DNA of 64,000 bases from sequence record SRR2962707_1393; one strand, 5' to 3'. The translations under genes and the position numbers were made by a program. The notes under the pieces were generated by a model. It was not told the DNA's origin and ran no database searches. It saw nothing but the letters and a program-made list of their open reading frames with translations. The stretch's first letter is position 1. Each line of letters starts with the position of its first letter. Below are positions 39,026 to 46,736 of the stretch, in pieces.

Positions 39026-39438
39026 GTAGCTGCTCCAAAACTCAATGCGCCTGCCGATTCAAGGCCAAGATTGAATGTGATTTCGGCGTCGTGATTGCCT
39101 GAATATTCAAGCGCAGTTATTTGAAATGCACCTTCGATCACACCAAAGTCTGGCATCACAAGTTGGCAATCTGGCAATTGGCTTTCAAAGAACAGCGCTC
39201 TGACCAATTCGTCGGATGCTTGATCTTTGAATATGCCGGACGCTGCAATCGACGCATTGCGATTGCCTGATCCACTGAGCAATTCGCGCCAGCGGCCTGC
39301 CGATTCTGAATCGGTAATATCAACGCTTTGCGCGTTAAAGCTAATGCGCTTTGTGCGCAGGCCAGCTACCGTCACATATTGCGTGATTGCCGGATCAAAA
39401 ATTTTGAAAAGAATATCTTTTCCCCGCTGTGAAGCCAT
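39022..39438 (-). CDS. GTA tail tube protein (g9, TP901-1 family)
   Basis: MASQRGKDIL..TVAGLR..GRWRELL..PDFG..LESAGALSF. Confidence 0.9.
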   Translation of the reverse strand: MASQRGKDILFKIFDPAITQYVTVAGLRTKRISFNAQSVDITDSESAGRWRELLSGSGNRNASIAASGIFKDQASDELVRALFFESQLPDCQLVMPDFGVIEGAFQITALEYSGNHDAEITFNLGLESAGALSFGAAT

Positions 39439-39463
39439 GGAAATTTACCTCTTAGTTTTGGAA

Positions 39464-39874
39464 TTATTCGGATGGTTCAACCAATATACGAAAGCGCAAG
39501 CTGGCTTTCGACAGACCTGTCTCAACATCAGTTTCAAAGCGCTCGCTGAGCGGGCTGCGCAGCACAATATGGCTTAGCGCATCGCCGGCGGTTTGAATGT
39601 GTCCAAGCAGTATTTGTTTGATGCGGTCGGCAATTTGGTAAAGCTGCTTGCGCCCTTCATGACGGGACCAACAATGGAGCGTGATGATAATCGCCTCACC
39701 CTCCTCATCGCTGGTGCTCCAGTCATCGGTTTGCACAGGTCCCAAAGAAACGTAAGGCATGTTGGTTTGACGCGGGACAAAATCATAAATGTTCGGGCCA
39801 CCAAGCAAGGCGCTTAGTGTTGCGTCATTGGACAAATCATCAATGACGGCCTTTTGCACATCGCCAATATTCAT
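39464..39874 (-). CDS. GTA tail terminator protein (g8, DUF3168-like)
   Basis: LLGGPNIYDFVP..PYVSLG..DWST..LHCWSR. Confidence 0.82.
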   Translation of the reverse strand: MNIGDVQKAVIDDLSNDATLSALLGGPNIYDFVPRQTNMPYVSLGPVQTDDWSTSDEEGEAIIITLHCWSRHEGRKQLYQIADRIKQILLGHIQTAGDALSHIVLRSPLSERFETDVETGLSKASLRFRILVEPSE

Positions 39875-40023
39875 AGGCGTGCGCCTTTTTTAGAAGAGTG
39901 TTTATCCGCAGGTTTATCTTCCACTTTTGATGGTTGAACCGCCGCATTATCAGCAATCTCATAAGAGATTTTGCGCAACGTATTTACCAGCATATCGATA
40001 TTGGTTCTAACTGTGGTTTTCAT
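39871..40023 (-). CDS. Small 50-aa hypothetical protein inside the GTA operon (absent from the ORF track)
   Basis: MKTTVRTNIDMLVNTLRKISYEIADNAAVQPSKVEDKPADKHSSKKGARL; ATGA overlaps with both g7 and g8. Confidence 0.65.
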   Translation of the reverse strand: MKTTVRTNIDMLVNTLRKISYEIADNAAVQPSKVEDKPADKHSSKKGARL

Positions 40024-40361
40024 AGATTGATTTCCGTGCATACGCAGCGCCAGTAGCGCGCGGTCTCATCGGGGTCTGCAACAGACAACACTTCAAATGT
40101 GCGTGTTGTGTTTACATCGCGCAGACGAAAACCAGCTTTGATTAGAAGCGGCTGGCGCACATCAATCAGGTAGGTTTTATCGACGATGCGTTGGTCTGCC
40201 TGCGCGTTTTCCTGCGCATTGGCGGGCAATATGCGAGCCCATACGCTATTAGTGCTGATCCAGTTATTATCAAACCCGCCGCAACCGTCGCTGCTGCGCT
40301 GATTTTCCAAAACCTCCAGAAAATTGCGAAATGCGCCCGCGTCCAAATGTGTTCGACCCAT
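40020..40361 (-). CDS. GTA head closure / stopper protein (g7)
   Basis: DGCGGF..W..VWARI..RTFEVLSVADPDETARYWRCVC (SPP1 gp16-like). Confidence 0.82.
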   Translation of the reverse strand: MGRTHLDAGAFRNFLEVLENQRSSDGCGGFDNNWISTNSVWARILPANAQENAQADQRIVDKTYLIDVRQPLLIKAGFRLRDVNTTRTFEVLSVADPDETARYWRCVCTEINL

Positions 40362-40363
40362 GG

Positions 40364-40933
40364 CTAAATCCGTATCTGACGATAATGGCGTGTCAGCCGA
40401 GTATAGATTTCTGGAACCGAGACTGGCTGATCTTGCGGCGTATAAACACCGCGAAACTCATACCAATGGGCAATGAGCGCCAAAATAGCGCGAGCCAAAA
40501 TATCAGGGCAATCAGCACCGGTATCGCCAAAGCCGGCATGAAAATCGATCTCAATGCCGTTGCAATAGCCTGCTGGGCAGCCCGCCCGATCAAAGTGCAT
40601 CCGCGCGGGGCGTGTGATTGTGTCCAGAAAATAGCTATTACCCGCGAGAACCTGCGGTTCGCCCGCGCCGTCATACCAAGTGACATTGGTAATGCGCTGA
40701 ACGGGATGGCGCGGCAGTTCCACCACACAATCGTCAGGCAGACCATCAATCCATAAGCGCCAATTTTGGCTAATCAGCGCAAGCCCCGTTTCTTGTTCTA
40801 ATAGCTGCGTTGCGGCGCGGATCAAATCATTGATCAAGTCATCCTCAACATCCGATGAAACGCGCAAATGCGCTTTTGCTTGGACAAGCGTGATGGGGTG
40901 CACCGCAGGCGGCACAATAAGTTTTGCTGTCAT
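40364..40933 (-). CDS. GTA head-tail adaptor (g6)
   Basis: PPAVHPITL..AKAHLRV..ED..TGLALISQ..NGIEIDFHAGFG..AHWYEFRG; start MTAKL at 40933. Confidence 0.87.
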   Translation of the reverse strand: MTAKLIVPPAVHPITLVQAKAHLRVSSDVEDDLINDLIRAATQLLEQETGLALISQNWRLWIDGLPDDCVVELPRHPVQRITNVTWYDGAGEPQVLAGNSYFLDTITRPARMHFDRAGCPAGYCNGIEIDFHAGFGDTGADCPDILARAILALIAHWYEFRGVYTPQDQPVSVPEIYTRLTRHYRQIRI

Positions 40934-40951
40934 GTTTATTTCCAATTGAGA

Positions 40952-40982
40952 ACAGAAAACCCTGCGCATGGCGCGCAGGGTT
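40952..40982 (-). terminator. Internal intrinsic terminator after the major capsid gene
   Basis: Minus strand AACCCTGCGC-GCCAT-GCGCAGGGTT followed by TTCTGT. Confidence 0.65.
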
Positions 40983-40999
40983 GCTATGATCGTGAGGTC

Positions 41000-42286
41000 T
41001 TAGTTGGTGCCAAACTTGATGAGTTTGATTGCATCAAAATCTTGAACGCCGCCGCCCACACGTTTCGTCGTATAGAAAAGCACATAAGGCTTTGCTGAGT
41101 ATGGATCGCGCAGAACCGCGACACCGGCGCGGTCCACGATCAAATATCCCCGGCTAAAATCACCAAAGGCAATTGCATTGGTATCAGCGGCGGCATCCGG
41201 CATGTCTTCGGCTTCGACAACGCCAAAGCCCATCAGCATAGCGTTCTGGCCAATGGCTGCTGGTGGCTGCCACAGATAATTGCCATCAGCGTCTTTTAGC
41301 TTGCGCACAGAGGCCTGTGTTTTGCGGTTCATGACCCAATTGGCGTTTTGGCGGCAGCCAGCTTTTAGCGCATAGACCGTATCAATAAGCACATCGGATG
41401 CATCACTTGCGGGCAGTTCACCGGCGACACCGGTTGGCACATAGCCAAGTTTGCCCCACGCCCATGCTGTTTCAGCTACCGTGTCATAGTCTAGGAAACC
41501 ACGGGGCTTGTTGACGCCGTCGCCATTGACGAAAGCCGCACCTTCTTGTTCGGCAAAGGCTGCTTCAACTTCGCTGGCAATCCATTGGTCAATATCGATG
41601 GCGCTATCTTCGAGCAGCGATGATGTTGCCGCTGGCATGGCGTATAATTCCATCGTCGGGAACTGTAATTCAGCCAATGCAGAGGCGGCAGTTTGCGGCC
41701 GCGCATCGGTTTCTCCGACCCAGCCAACGGCGGGGCCAGAGATGGCAAAGGGCTTTTTTAATACCGCACCGGTGACTTGACGCACCATGGCGATCGCGCG
41801 GATGGGCGATATTTGCGCCAACCGTTTGCCAATGGATGTTTCTGTTTCCGCAGGCACTAAAAAGCCGCCATCAGGCCCTGAGCCATAGGACATGGCTTTG
41901 CCTTCAAGTGAGCGAAGACCGCGCTCATCGCCCTTGCGGACATATTGCTCAAAGGCTGATTTATGTTCGCTATTGGCAAAGCTGTTATGGGCACCGCCGC
42001 TGAGAGATGGCCGCGTTGCCTTCGTGATCAAGCGGTCTAGTACGCGCTTTTGTTCATCTACCGCGGCATTAATGCGGTTGACCTTATCGCTCGTTACCGC
42101 ATCTTCGCCAAGCTGGGTTTCCAATTCGCGCAAACGCTCATCATTGGCTTTTTTGAAAGCATCAAAAGCACCCATAAAATCGTCGAATGCTTCGGCAACA
42201 TCTTGCGCGTTGCCAATGGGCATTGCGGCAACAGACGTGTTTTTTCGTTCCGGCGCTGCTGCACCAGAGTGGTTTTTCGTTTTCAT
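41000..42286 (-). CDS. GTA major capsid protein, HK97 fold (g5)
   Basis: DGGFLVP, SPIRAIA, ELYAMPAAT, FGDFSRGYLIVDR, LRDPYSAKPYVLFYTTKRVGG. Confidence 0.95.
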   Translation of the reverse strand: MKTKNHSGAAAPERKNTSVAAMPIGNAQDVAEAFDDFMGAFDAFKKANDERLRELETQLGEDAVTSDKVNRINAAVDEQKRVLDRLITKATRPSLSGGAHNSFANSEHKSAFEQYVRKGDERGLRSLEGKAMSYGSGPDGGFLVPAETETSIGKRLAQISPIRAIAMVRQVTGAVLKKPFAISGPAVGWVGETDARPQTAASALAELQFPTMELYAMPAATSSLLEDSAIDIDQWIASEVEAAFAEQEGAAFVNGDGVNKPRGFLDYDTVAETAWAWGKLGYVPTGVAGELPASDASDVLIDTVYALKAGCRQNANWVMNRKTQASVRKLKDADGNYLWQPPAAIGQNAMLMGFGVVEAEDMPDAAADTNAIAFGDFSRGYLIVDRAGVAVLRDPYSAKPYVLFYTTKRVGGGVQDFDAIKLIKFGTN

Positions 42287-42296
42287 TTTTCTTCCT

Positions 42297-42986
42297 TTAA
42301 AAGTTTTGCAATGTACGCGTTGCTTGCCGGATCTTTTTTGTCAGATCGGCACCTGTGTGATCTCCAACGGCATCCCGCGCTTTGGAAAGTGATGCAAAGC
42401 CCTTGACGATAATCGTCTTGGCTTGGTTTCGCGTTAGTCCGGCATCCCGCACGAGCCAACGCTCAAACTCCCGCTGTGATGGCAAGCTGCGTGACTTCAC
42501 ATTTGAAACACGCGCCTGCGGCAACATAGGGAAAGTGACAACGGAGACCTCCCAAAGGTCTGCCTCCAATATACGGCGAATTGTGCCGCCCTGTTCGCGG
42601 CGTGCGCGCAGGGTCTTAAAGCCGATGGAAAGACCATCAATCGCGCCTGATTTGATGAGCGCATGTATTTCGCGGCCGCGCTCTACGTCGAGATTAAGCT
42701 GGCCTTTGACATAAAGCCCATTGGCATCTTCGCGCATCTCCATCCACCGGCCAATTGGCTCGTCTGGATTGTGTTGGAAGAGCATACGAATAGTGTCTGG
42801 TCCTTTTTGGGCCAATGACTTTTTGAAGGCACCCGCCTCGACCACTTCTTGGCCAAGGTCCACGACATTAAAAACGCTCGCATAACCGCCAAAAGTGCCA
42901 GTGCTATCAATTTTGGTAATCGCCTCGCCTGCAAATTTTGTCTCATAGGCCATCACTGATTTCTCACTGCGATTTTCAATCATCAT
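42297..42986 (-). CDS. GTA prohead protease, HK97 family (g4)
   Basis: GYASVF, MLFQH, DGLSIGF, LWEVSVVTFPM; start 42986 or 42953. Confidence 0.9.
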   Translation of the reverse strand: MMIENRSEKSVMAYETKFAGEAITKIDSTGTFGGYASVFNVVDLGQEVVEAGAFKKSLAQKGPDTIRMLFQHNPDEPIGRWMEMREDANGLYVKGQLNLDVERGREIHALIKSGAIDGLSIGFKTLRARREQGGTIRRILEADLWEVSVVTFPMLPQARVSNVKSRSLPSQREFERWLVRDAGLTRNQAKTIIVKGFASLSKARDAVGDHTGADLTKKIRQATRTLQNF

Positions 42987-43332
42987 TGCGATCCTGCTTT
43001 TGCTTAGATGCCAACCCAAAATTGTGGTCTGCAATGCGCATCGCGATGCCTAGCGCCGTCCAAATCGAAAGGCTTGCAATGGCAGCGCCTATAAGCGCGA
43101 TTTCGATTGGATCAAGGCGGTCCGCGATGCCGGTATTTTCAGCAAGCCAAAGACCGACAGGCAAGCCAAACACGATGCCCGCTGTAATGCCCGTCATAAA
43201 GCGTGCGGAGGCTTCTCGTTTTCCCTTCGGCAAAATATAGGCCAGTGAGATGGCAGAGCCAGCCAATGCGCCTGCAAATTTAGCCGCCCATATTTCCCAG
43301 CCTGGCATTAATTCGGTCATGAGATGCTTCAC
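42976..43332 (-). CDS. Small membrane protein between portal and protease (DUF6107-like)
   Basis: WAAKFAGALAGSAISLAYILP..EASARF; about three hydrophobic segments; start GTG 43332 or ATG 43320. Confidence 0.65.
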   Translation of the reverse strand: MKHLMTELMPGWEIWAAKFAGALAGSAISLAYILPKGKREASARFMTGITAGIVFGLPVGLWLAENTGIADRLDPIEIALIGAAIASLSIWTALGIAMRIADHNFGLASKQKQDRNDD

Positions 43333-44546
43333 AATGCGCCCTCCTGATTAATCGGAGAATACCCAACAGCAGCACGCTTTTCGTCGTCGGTGATAAAGGA
43401 CGAATTTTGCAGTTGCGACCAAAGCGCCTCGCGCTCTGTGGCAAGGCTTTCGATCTGATCTAGGTCAAGGTCAAAGCGCGCATCAGCACCAATCACAGGT
43501 CCAAGCCACAGCGTAAAAGCCTCCGTGATCCGCCGCATCATCGGCAAGACGGTTAGGCGAAAAAAGGCGCGATGTGCTTCTTGATAATTGGCAAAAGTAT
43601 TATCGCCTGGAATACCCAGCAACATAGGCGGCACGCCAAAGGCAAGCGCGATATCGCGGCTTGCGGCATCTTTGGTTTGCACAAAATCCATGTCCTTAGG
43701 CGAAAGGCCCATCGCCTTCCAGTCTAAACCACCTTCAAGCAACATTGGCTTGCCCGCGTTTTGTGCGCCCGAATAGCCTTCCTCTAACTCGCGTTTTAGC
43801 TGTTCATATTGCTCAGGCGTTAGATTAGAGCCATCGCCGGGCGCATAGACCAGCGCGCCAGATGGGCGTGCTGCGTTGTCAAGTAACGCCTTGTTCCACC
43901 GCATGGCAGCATTGTGGATATCCAAGGCCATCAACGCGGCTTGAAGCGGCGGAAAACCTTTTTGATCGTTGAGTGGATTGAATAATTTCAAATGTAAAAC
44001 AGCACTGATGGTTTGGTCGTCTGAAATCACAATTTTGCGCTTTCGTGCACCGAGCTGATAAATATAAGCACTTGGCCACCCATGATCGTCTTCTTCAATC
44101 GACACCAAATCAGGGCGCAGCGCATAGATTTGTGATGGTGCTTCATCGTCTTCTAATGCTGCGCATTCAATATAGGCATTGCCAGATAAAAGCAGATGAC
44201 CACAGAGCATTTCAACAAACTGCGATGTGCCTTGATAGGCATTGGGCTTTGCCAATAGCTTTAGAACACGGTGATCTTCAAGCTCCTGATCGCCGTCATA
44301 AAGCAACCAGCGCAGTGAACCGGCCGCTTCTGAAATCATACGCACGCAGCGATGCACAATCGGATTTTTCATGAAACCTTCGCTTGATAGAGCGGTATAG
44401 GACGGCGAAGTCCAGCCAGCTTCTAAAGCACTATGCAGCGCAACAAAGCCTTGGCTCAACTGAGGCAATGTGGCTTTGGTTTCATTTGGCGAAACTGCTT
44501 TCACGCGGCCAAAAGCGCGGGAAAACCAATGGTTTTTCTCGTTCAT
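43329..44546 (-). CDS. GTA portal protein, HK97 family (g3)
   Basis: NPIVHRCVRMI, WNKALLDNAARPSGAL, LLEGGLDWKAMG, FGVPPMLLGIPGDNT. Confidence 0.94.
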   Translation of the reverse strand: MNEKNHWFSRAFGRVKAVSPNETKATLPQLSQGFVALHSALEAGWTSPSYTALSSEGFMKNPIVHRCVRMISEAAGSLRWLLYDGDQELEDHRVLKLLAKPNAYQGTSQFVEMLCGHLLLSGNAYIECAALEDDEAPSQIYALRPDLVSIEEDDHGWPSAYIYQLGARKRKIVISDDQTISAVLHLKLFNPLNDQKGFPPLQAALMALDIHNAAMRWNKALLDNAARPSGALVYAPGDGSNLTPEQYEQLKRELEEGYSGAQNAGKPMLLEGGLDWKAMGLSPKDMDFVQTKDAASRDIALAFGVPPMLLGIPGDNTFANYQEAHRAFFRLTVLPMMRRITEAFTLWLGPVIGADARFDLDLDQIESLATEREALWSQLQNSSFITDDEKRAAVGYSPINQEGAL

Positions 44547-44569
44547 AGAGTGTCCAATTTTCGTTTGAT

Positions 44570-45871
44570 TTACAGCGAGCGAATTTTCGGCTTGCCCTGA
44601 CGTCCTAAAAGCAGCTCACCCACGGCCCAGACGCACGCATCCATGCGATCAGGCGATTTACACGAAGAAAGACCATCATTGGTAAAGTCGCACATTTCAT
44701 CTTCTAGTTCGGCAAACAACCCGATGTGGTGAACCCTGCCCTGTTCATAGAGCGCGGCAACTGGTTCTGCCCTGAGCCATTTTCCTCGATTGGCCCGCAC
44801 GCTCAATACCGGAACGGCCGGATCGATGGTTCGCAAAACACTTTCCACCATGTCACCGCCCTGATTGACCTCGGCCAAGATTTTATCAGCCTGCCAAGCG
44901 TGATATTCGCCAATGGCGCGCGATGCCCAAACATTGGGGGCAGCAGCGCCAATTGTGCGGTCGGCAAGCACATAGGCATGACCGCCTCCATCGCACCCTG
45001 CAACCACGATACCGCATGCATCCGATGTTGCTTTGGCAGTCGCAGGTGGATCAATAGCCACCACAATCCGCTGCAGATCAGGACAGACCGCAAGGCGGTA
45101 CAACTCAAGCAGTTCGCGGTTCCACAAGGCGCCTTCGCGGGCTTCTATGATCTCGCCGTCGAGTTCTTGCCGCCCTAACCGTGAATTGCCGTAGCGATTG
45201 ACCATGGTTTGAATAAAGTTAGGCGCGAGGTTGTCGCGGTTGTCCACGGTGCGCATCCGGTGTGTTTGCGTTAAATCATCGGCCAACAGCGCTTTCAGCA
45301 AAGCAATTGGTTTAGGCGTTGTTGTCACAAGTTGGCGCGGCCATTGCCCCAAGCGAAGGCCAAATTGCAGCATATCCCAGCACTCCTGCGCATAGGGCCA
45401 TTTACACAGCTCATCGCACCAAGCAGCGGAAAACTGCGGCCCGCGCAAGCTTTCCGGATCATGGGCAGAAAAGACCTCGGCAACCATGCCGTTCGGCCAA
45501 ACTAAACGCCGCCGTGTCGCCTCATATTTTGGTTGTTCATAAAGGGCATTTTGGCGAATGCCTGCAGGGCCCTCAATCATCACTTCGCGCACATCGGCAA
45601 TTGTTTCTCCAACAAGCGCAATCGGTCCCGTTGGCTTTGCCGCAAATGGTTGAACGCCGGTTGCAAGACCGTGCACCCAAGCACTGCCTGCCCTTGTTTT
45701 ACCAGAACCGCGCCCTCCCAATAAAAGCCATGTCTGCCAATCATCGCGTTTAGGCGGAAGTTGCAGATGGCGCAGCGTTAGCTGGGCGCTGTTTAGTGTC
45801 CGTTTGAGCGCTGACAGAGGCACTTGGCTTAGCATGTTTAATTTGGGCATTGGCTGCGCGCTCTTGTGCAA
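44570..45871 (-). CDS. GTA large terminase (g2)
   Basis: Walker A GGRGSGKT, LRGPQF..AWCDE Walker B, nuclease motifs VVAIDPP and SPDRMDA; true start may be 45850 or 45835. Confidence 0.93.
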   Translation of the reverse strand: MHKSAQPMPKLNMLSQVPLSALKRTLNSAQLTLRHLQLPPKRDDWQTWLLLGGRGSGKTRAGSAWVHGLATGVQPFAAKPTGPIALVGETIADVREVMIEGPAGIRQNALYEQPKYEATRRRLVWPNGMVAEVFSAHDPESLRGPQFSAAWCDELCKWPYAQECWDMLQFGLRLGQWPRQLVTTTPKPIALLKALLADDLTQTHRMRTVDNRDNLAPNFIQTMVNRYGNSRLGRQELDGEIIEAREGALWNRELLELYRLAVCPDLQRIVVAIDPPATAKATSDACGIVVAGCDGGGHAYVLADRTIGAAAPNVWASRAIGEYHAWQADKILAEVNQGGDMVESVLRTIDPAVPVLSVRANRGKWLRAEPVAALYEQGRVHHIGLFAELEDEMCDFTNDGLSSCKSPDRMDACVWAVGELLLGRQGKPKIRSL

Positions 45872-46142
45872 GCGTTTCTATTCGCTCTTCAATGAGGTTT
45901 AATATTTCGGGCATGGAATAATCATCTTCTGCCTCCCTATCGCCTTCGCTCCAGGCCATATTCAACTCTTGTACCTTTGCAATTGCGCGCAAGATGTTAA
46001 AAATATCGTCCACCAGCGCTTTTTCAAAATGCGGATTGACCAGCGCTGCATCAACGCGCATTTCTAATTGCCGCTTCAACGCATCAATTACACGCGCGAG
46101 CAAAATATTGCCTATGCCACCAAGCGTTTCGCTTGTTTCCAT
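45750..46142 (-). CDS. Putative GTA small terminase (g1 position)
   Basis: Helical acidic ~130-aa ORF immediately upstream of and overlapping TerL; positional call only. Confidence 0.55.
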   Translation of the reverse strand: METSETLGGIGNILLARVIDALKRQLEMRVDAALVNPHFEKALVDDIFNILRAIAKVQELNMAWSEGDREAEDDYSMPEILNLIEERIETLAQERAANAQIKHAKPSASVSAQTDTKQRPANAAPSATSA

Positions 46143-46240
46143 AAACCCACCAAAACTTTGAATTGAATAAACCACCGCGACAATTAGGCCATGCCTGAGA
46201 GGTCTCTGGCCTATCGACGCAGTATTGTGATTATGTCATT

Positions 46241-46269
46241 AACATACATGCACACCGTCACGATGTCAA
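46241..46269 (-). promoter_or_regulatory. Sigma70-type promoter of the GTA cluster
   Basis: Minus strand TTGACA-N17-TATGTT (-35 at 46269-46264, -10 at 46246-46241), ~100 nt upstream of g1. Confidence 0.7.
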
Positions 46270-46285
46270 GAATATATTCCTACAT
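46267..46285. promoter_or_regulatory. Palindromic operator-like site overlapping the GTA -35 box
   Basis: CAAGAATATATTCCTACAT; 13 bp (TATATTCCTACAT) identical to 56632-56644. Confidence 0.6.
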
Positions 46286-46305
46286 TATTTAAAAAGTTGA
46301 ATCCG

Positions 46306-46695
46306 ATGAACGATGATCAATATCCACCGCTAAAACCAGAGCACACTGGCCTTATTGGCAAATGCCCACGCTGCGGATCAGGAAAGTTGTTTAATGGATT
46401 TTTGGGTGTTGCCGATCACTGCGAAGTTTGCGGCTTAGACTACGGCTTTGTTGAAACAGGTGACGGCCCTGCCTTTTTCGCAATTTGTATAGCCGTTGTT
46501 CCCGTTGTTGGCTTTTCCGCATGGATGGAAATTTCCGCTGGCGCACCCTATTGGCTCAATGCGCTTTTAACGGCGCCGCTCATGCTGGCTGCTTGCTTGC
46601 TGCCAATGCGTCCTCTCAAAGGCTATTTAATTGCCAGCCAATATTATTTTAAAGCGCAGCAAGGAAAGCTGGACGACGTTGATACGCAAGACTAA
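46306..46695 (+). CDS. DUF983-like membrane protein with zinc-ribbon-like cysteines
   Basis: CPRCGSGKLFNGFL..CEVCGLDY..GDGPAFF..LRP-type motif MRPLKG. Confidence 0.78.
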   Translation: MNDDQYPPLKPEHTGLIGKCPRCGSGKLFNGFLGVADHCEVCGLDYGFVETGDGPAFFAICIAVVPVVGFSAWMEISAGAPYWLNALLTAPLMLAACLLPMRPLKGYLIASQYYFKAQQGKLDDVDTQD

Positions 46696-46736
46696 TTAGC
46701 ATAGCAATTCTTTAAATGAACCGCTAATGTGCTTGC

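Larger units (their letters stand above)
31816..46142 (-). mobile_element. RcGTA-type gene transfer agent head-tail cluster (domesticated phage-derived element)
   Basis: Colinear TerS-TerL-portal-protease-capsid-adaptor-stopper-terminator-tube-chaperones-short TMP-distal tail-hub-NlpC/P60-megatron over ~14.3 kb; no integrase, replication or repressor genes; flanked by core genes. Confidence 0.92.

Noticed and set aside
41353-41358. Capsid KAGCRQN where GTA capsids, as I recall, usually have an aromatic or His residue
   Set aside because: A single substitution cannot be judged deleterious without an alignment.
31816-46142. Intact temperate prophage
   Set aside because: No integrase, excisionase, repressor or replication genes and no att repeats noticed; the short tape measure, megatron and core-gene flanks fit a GTA.
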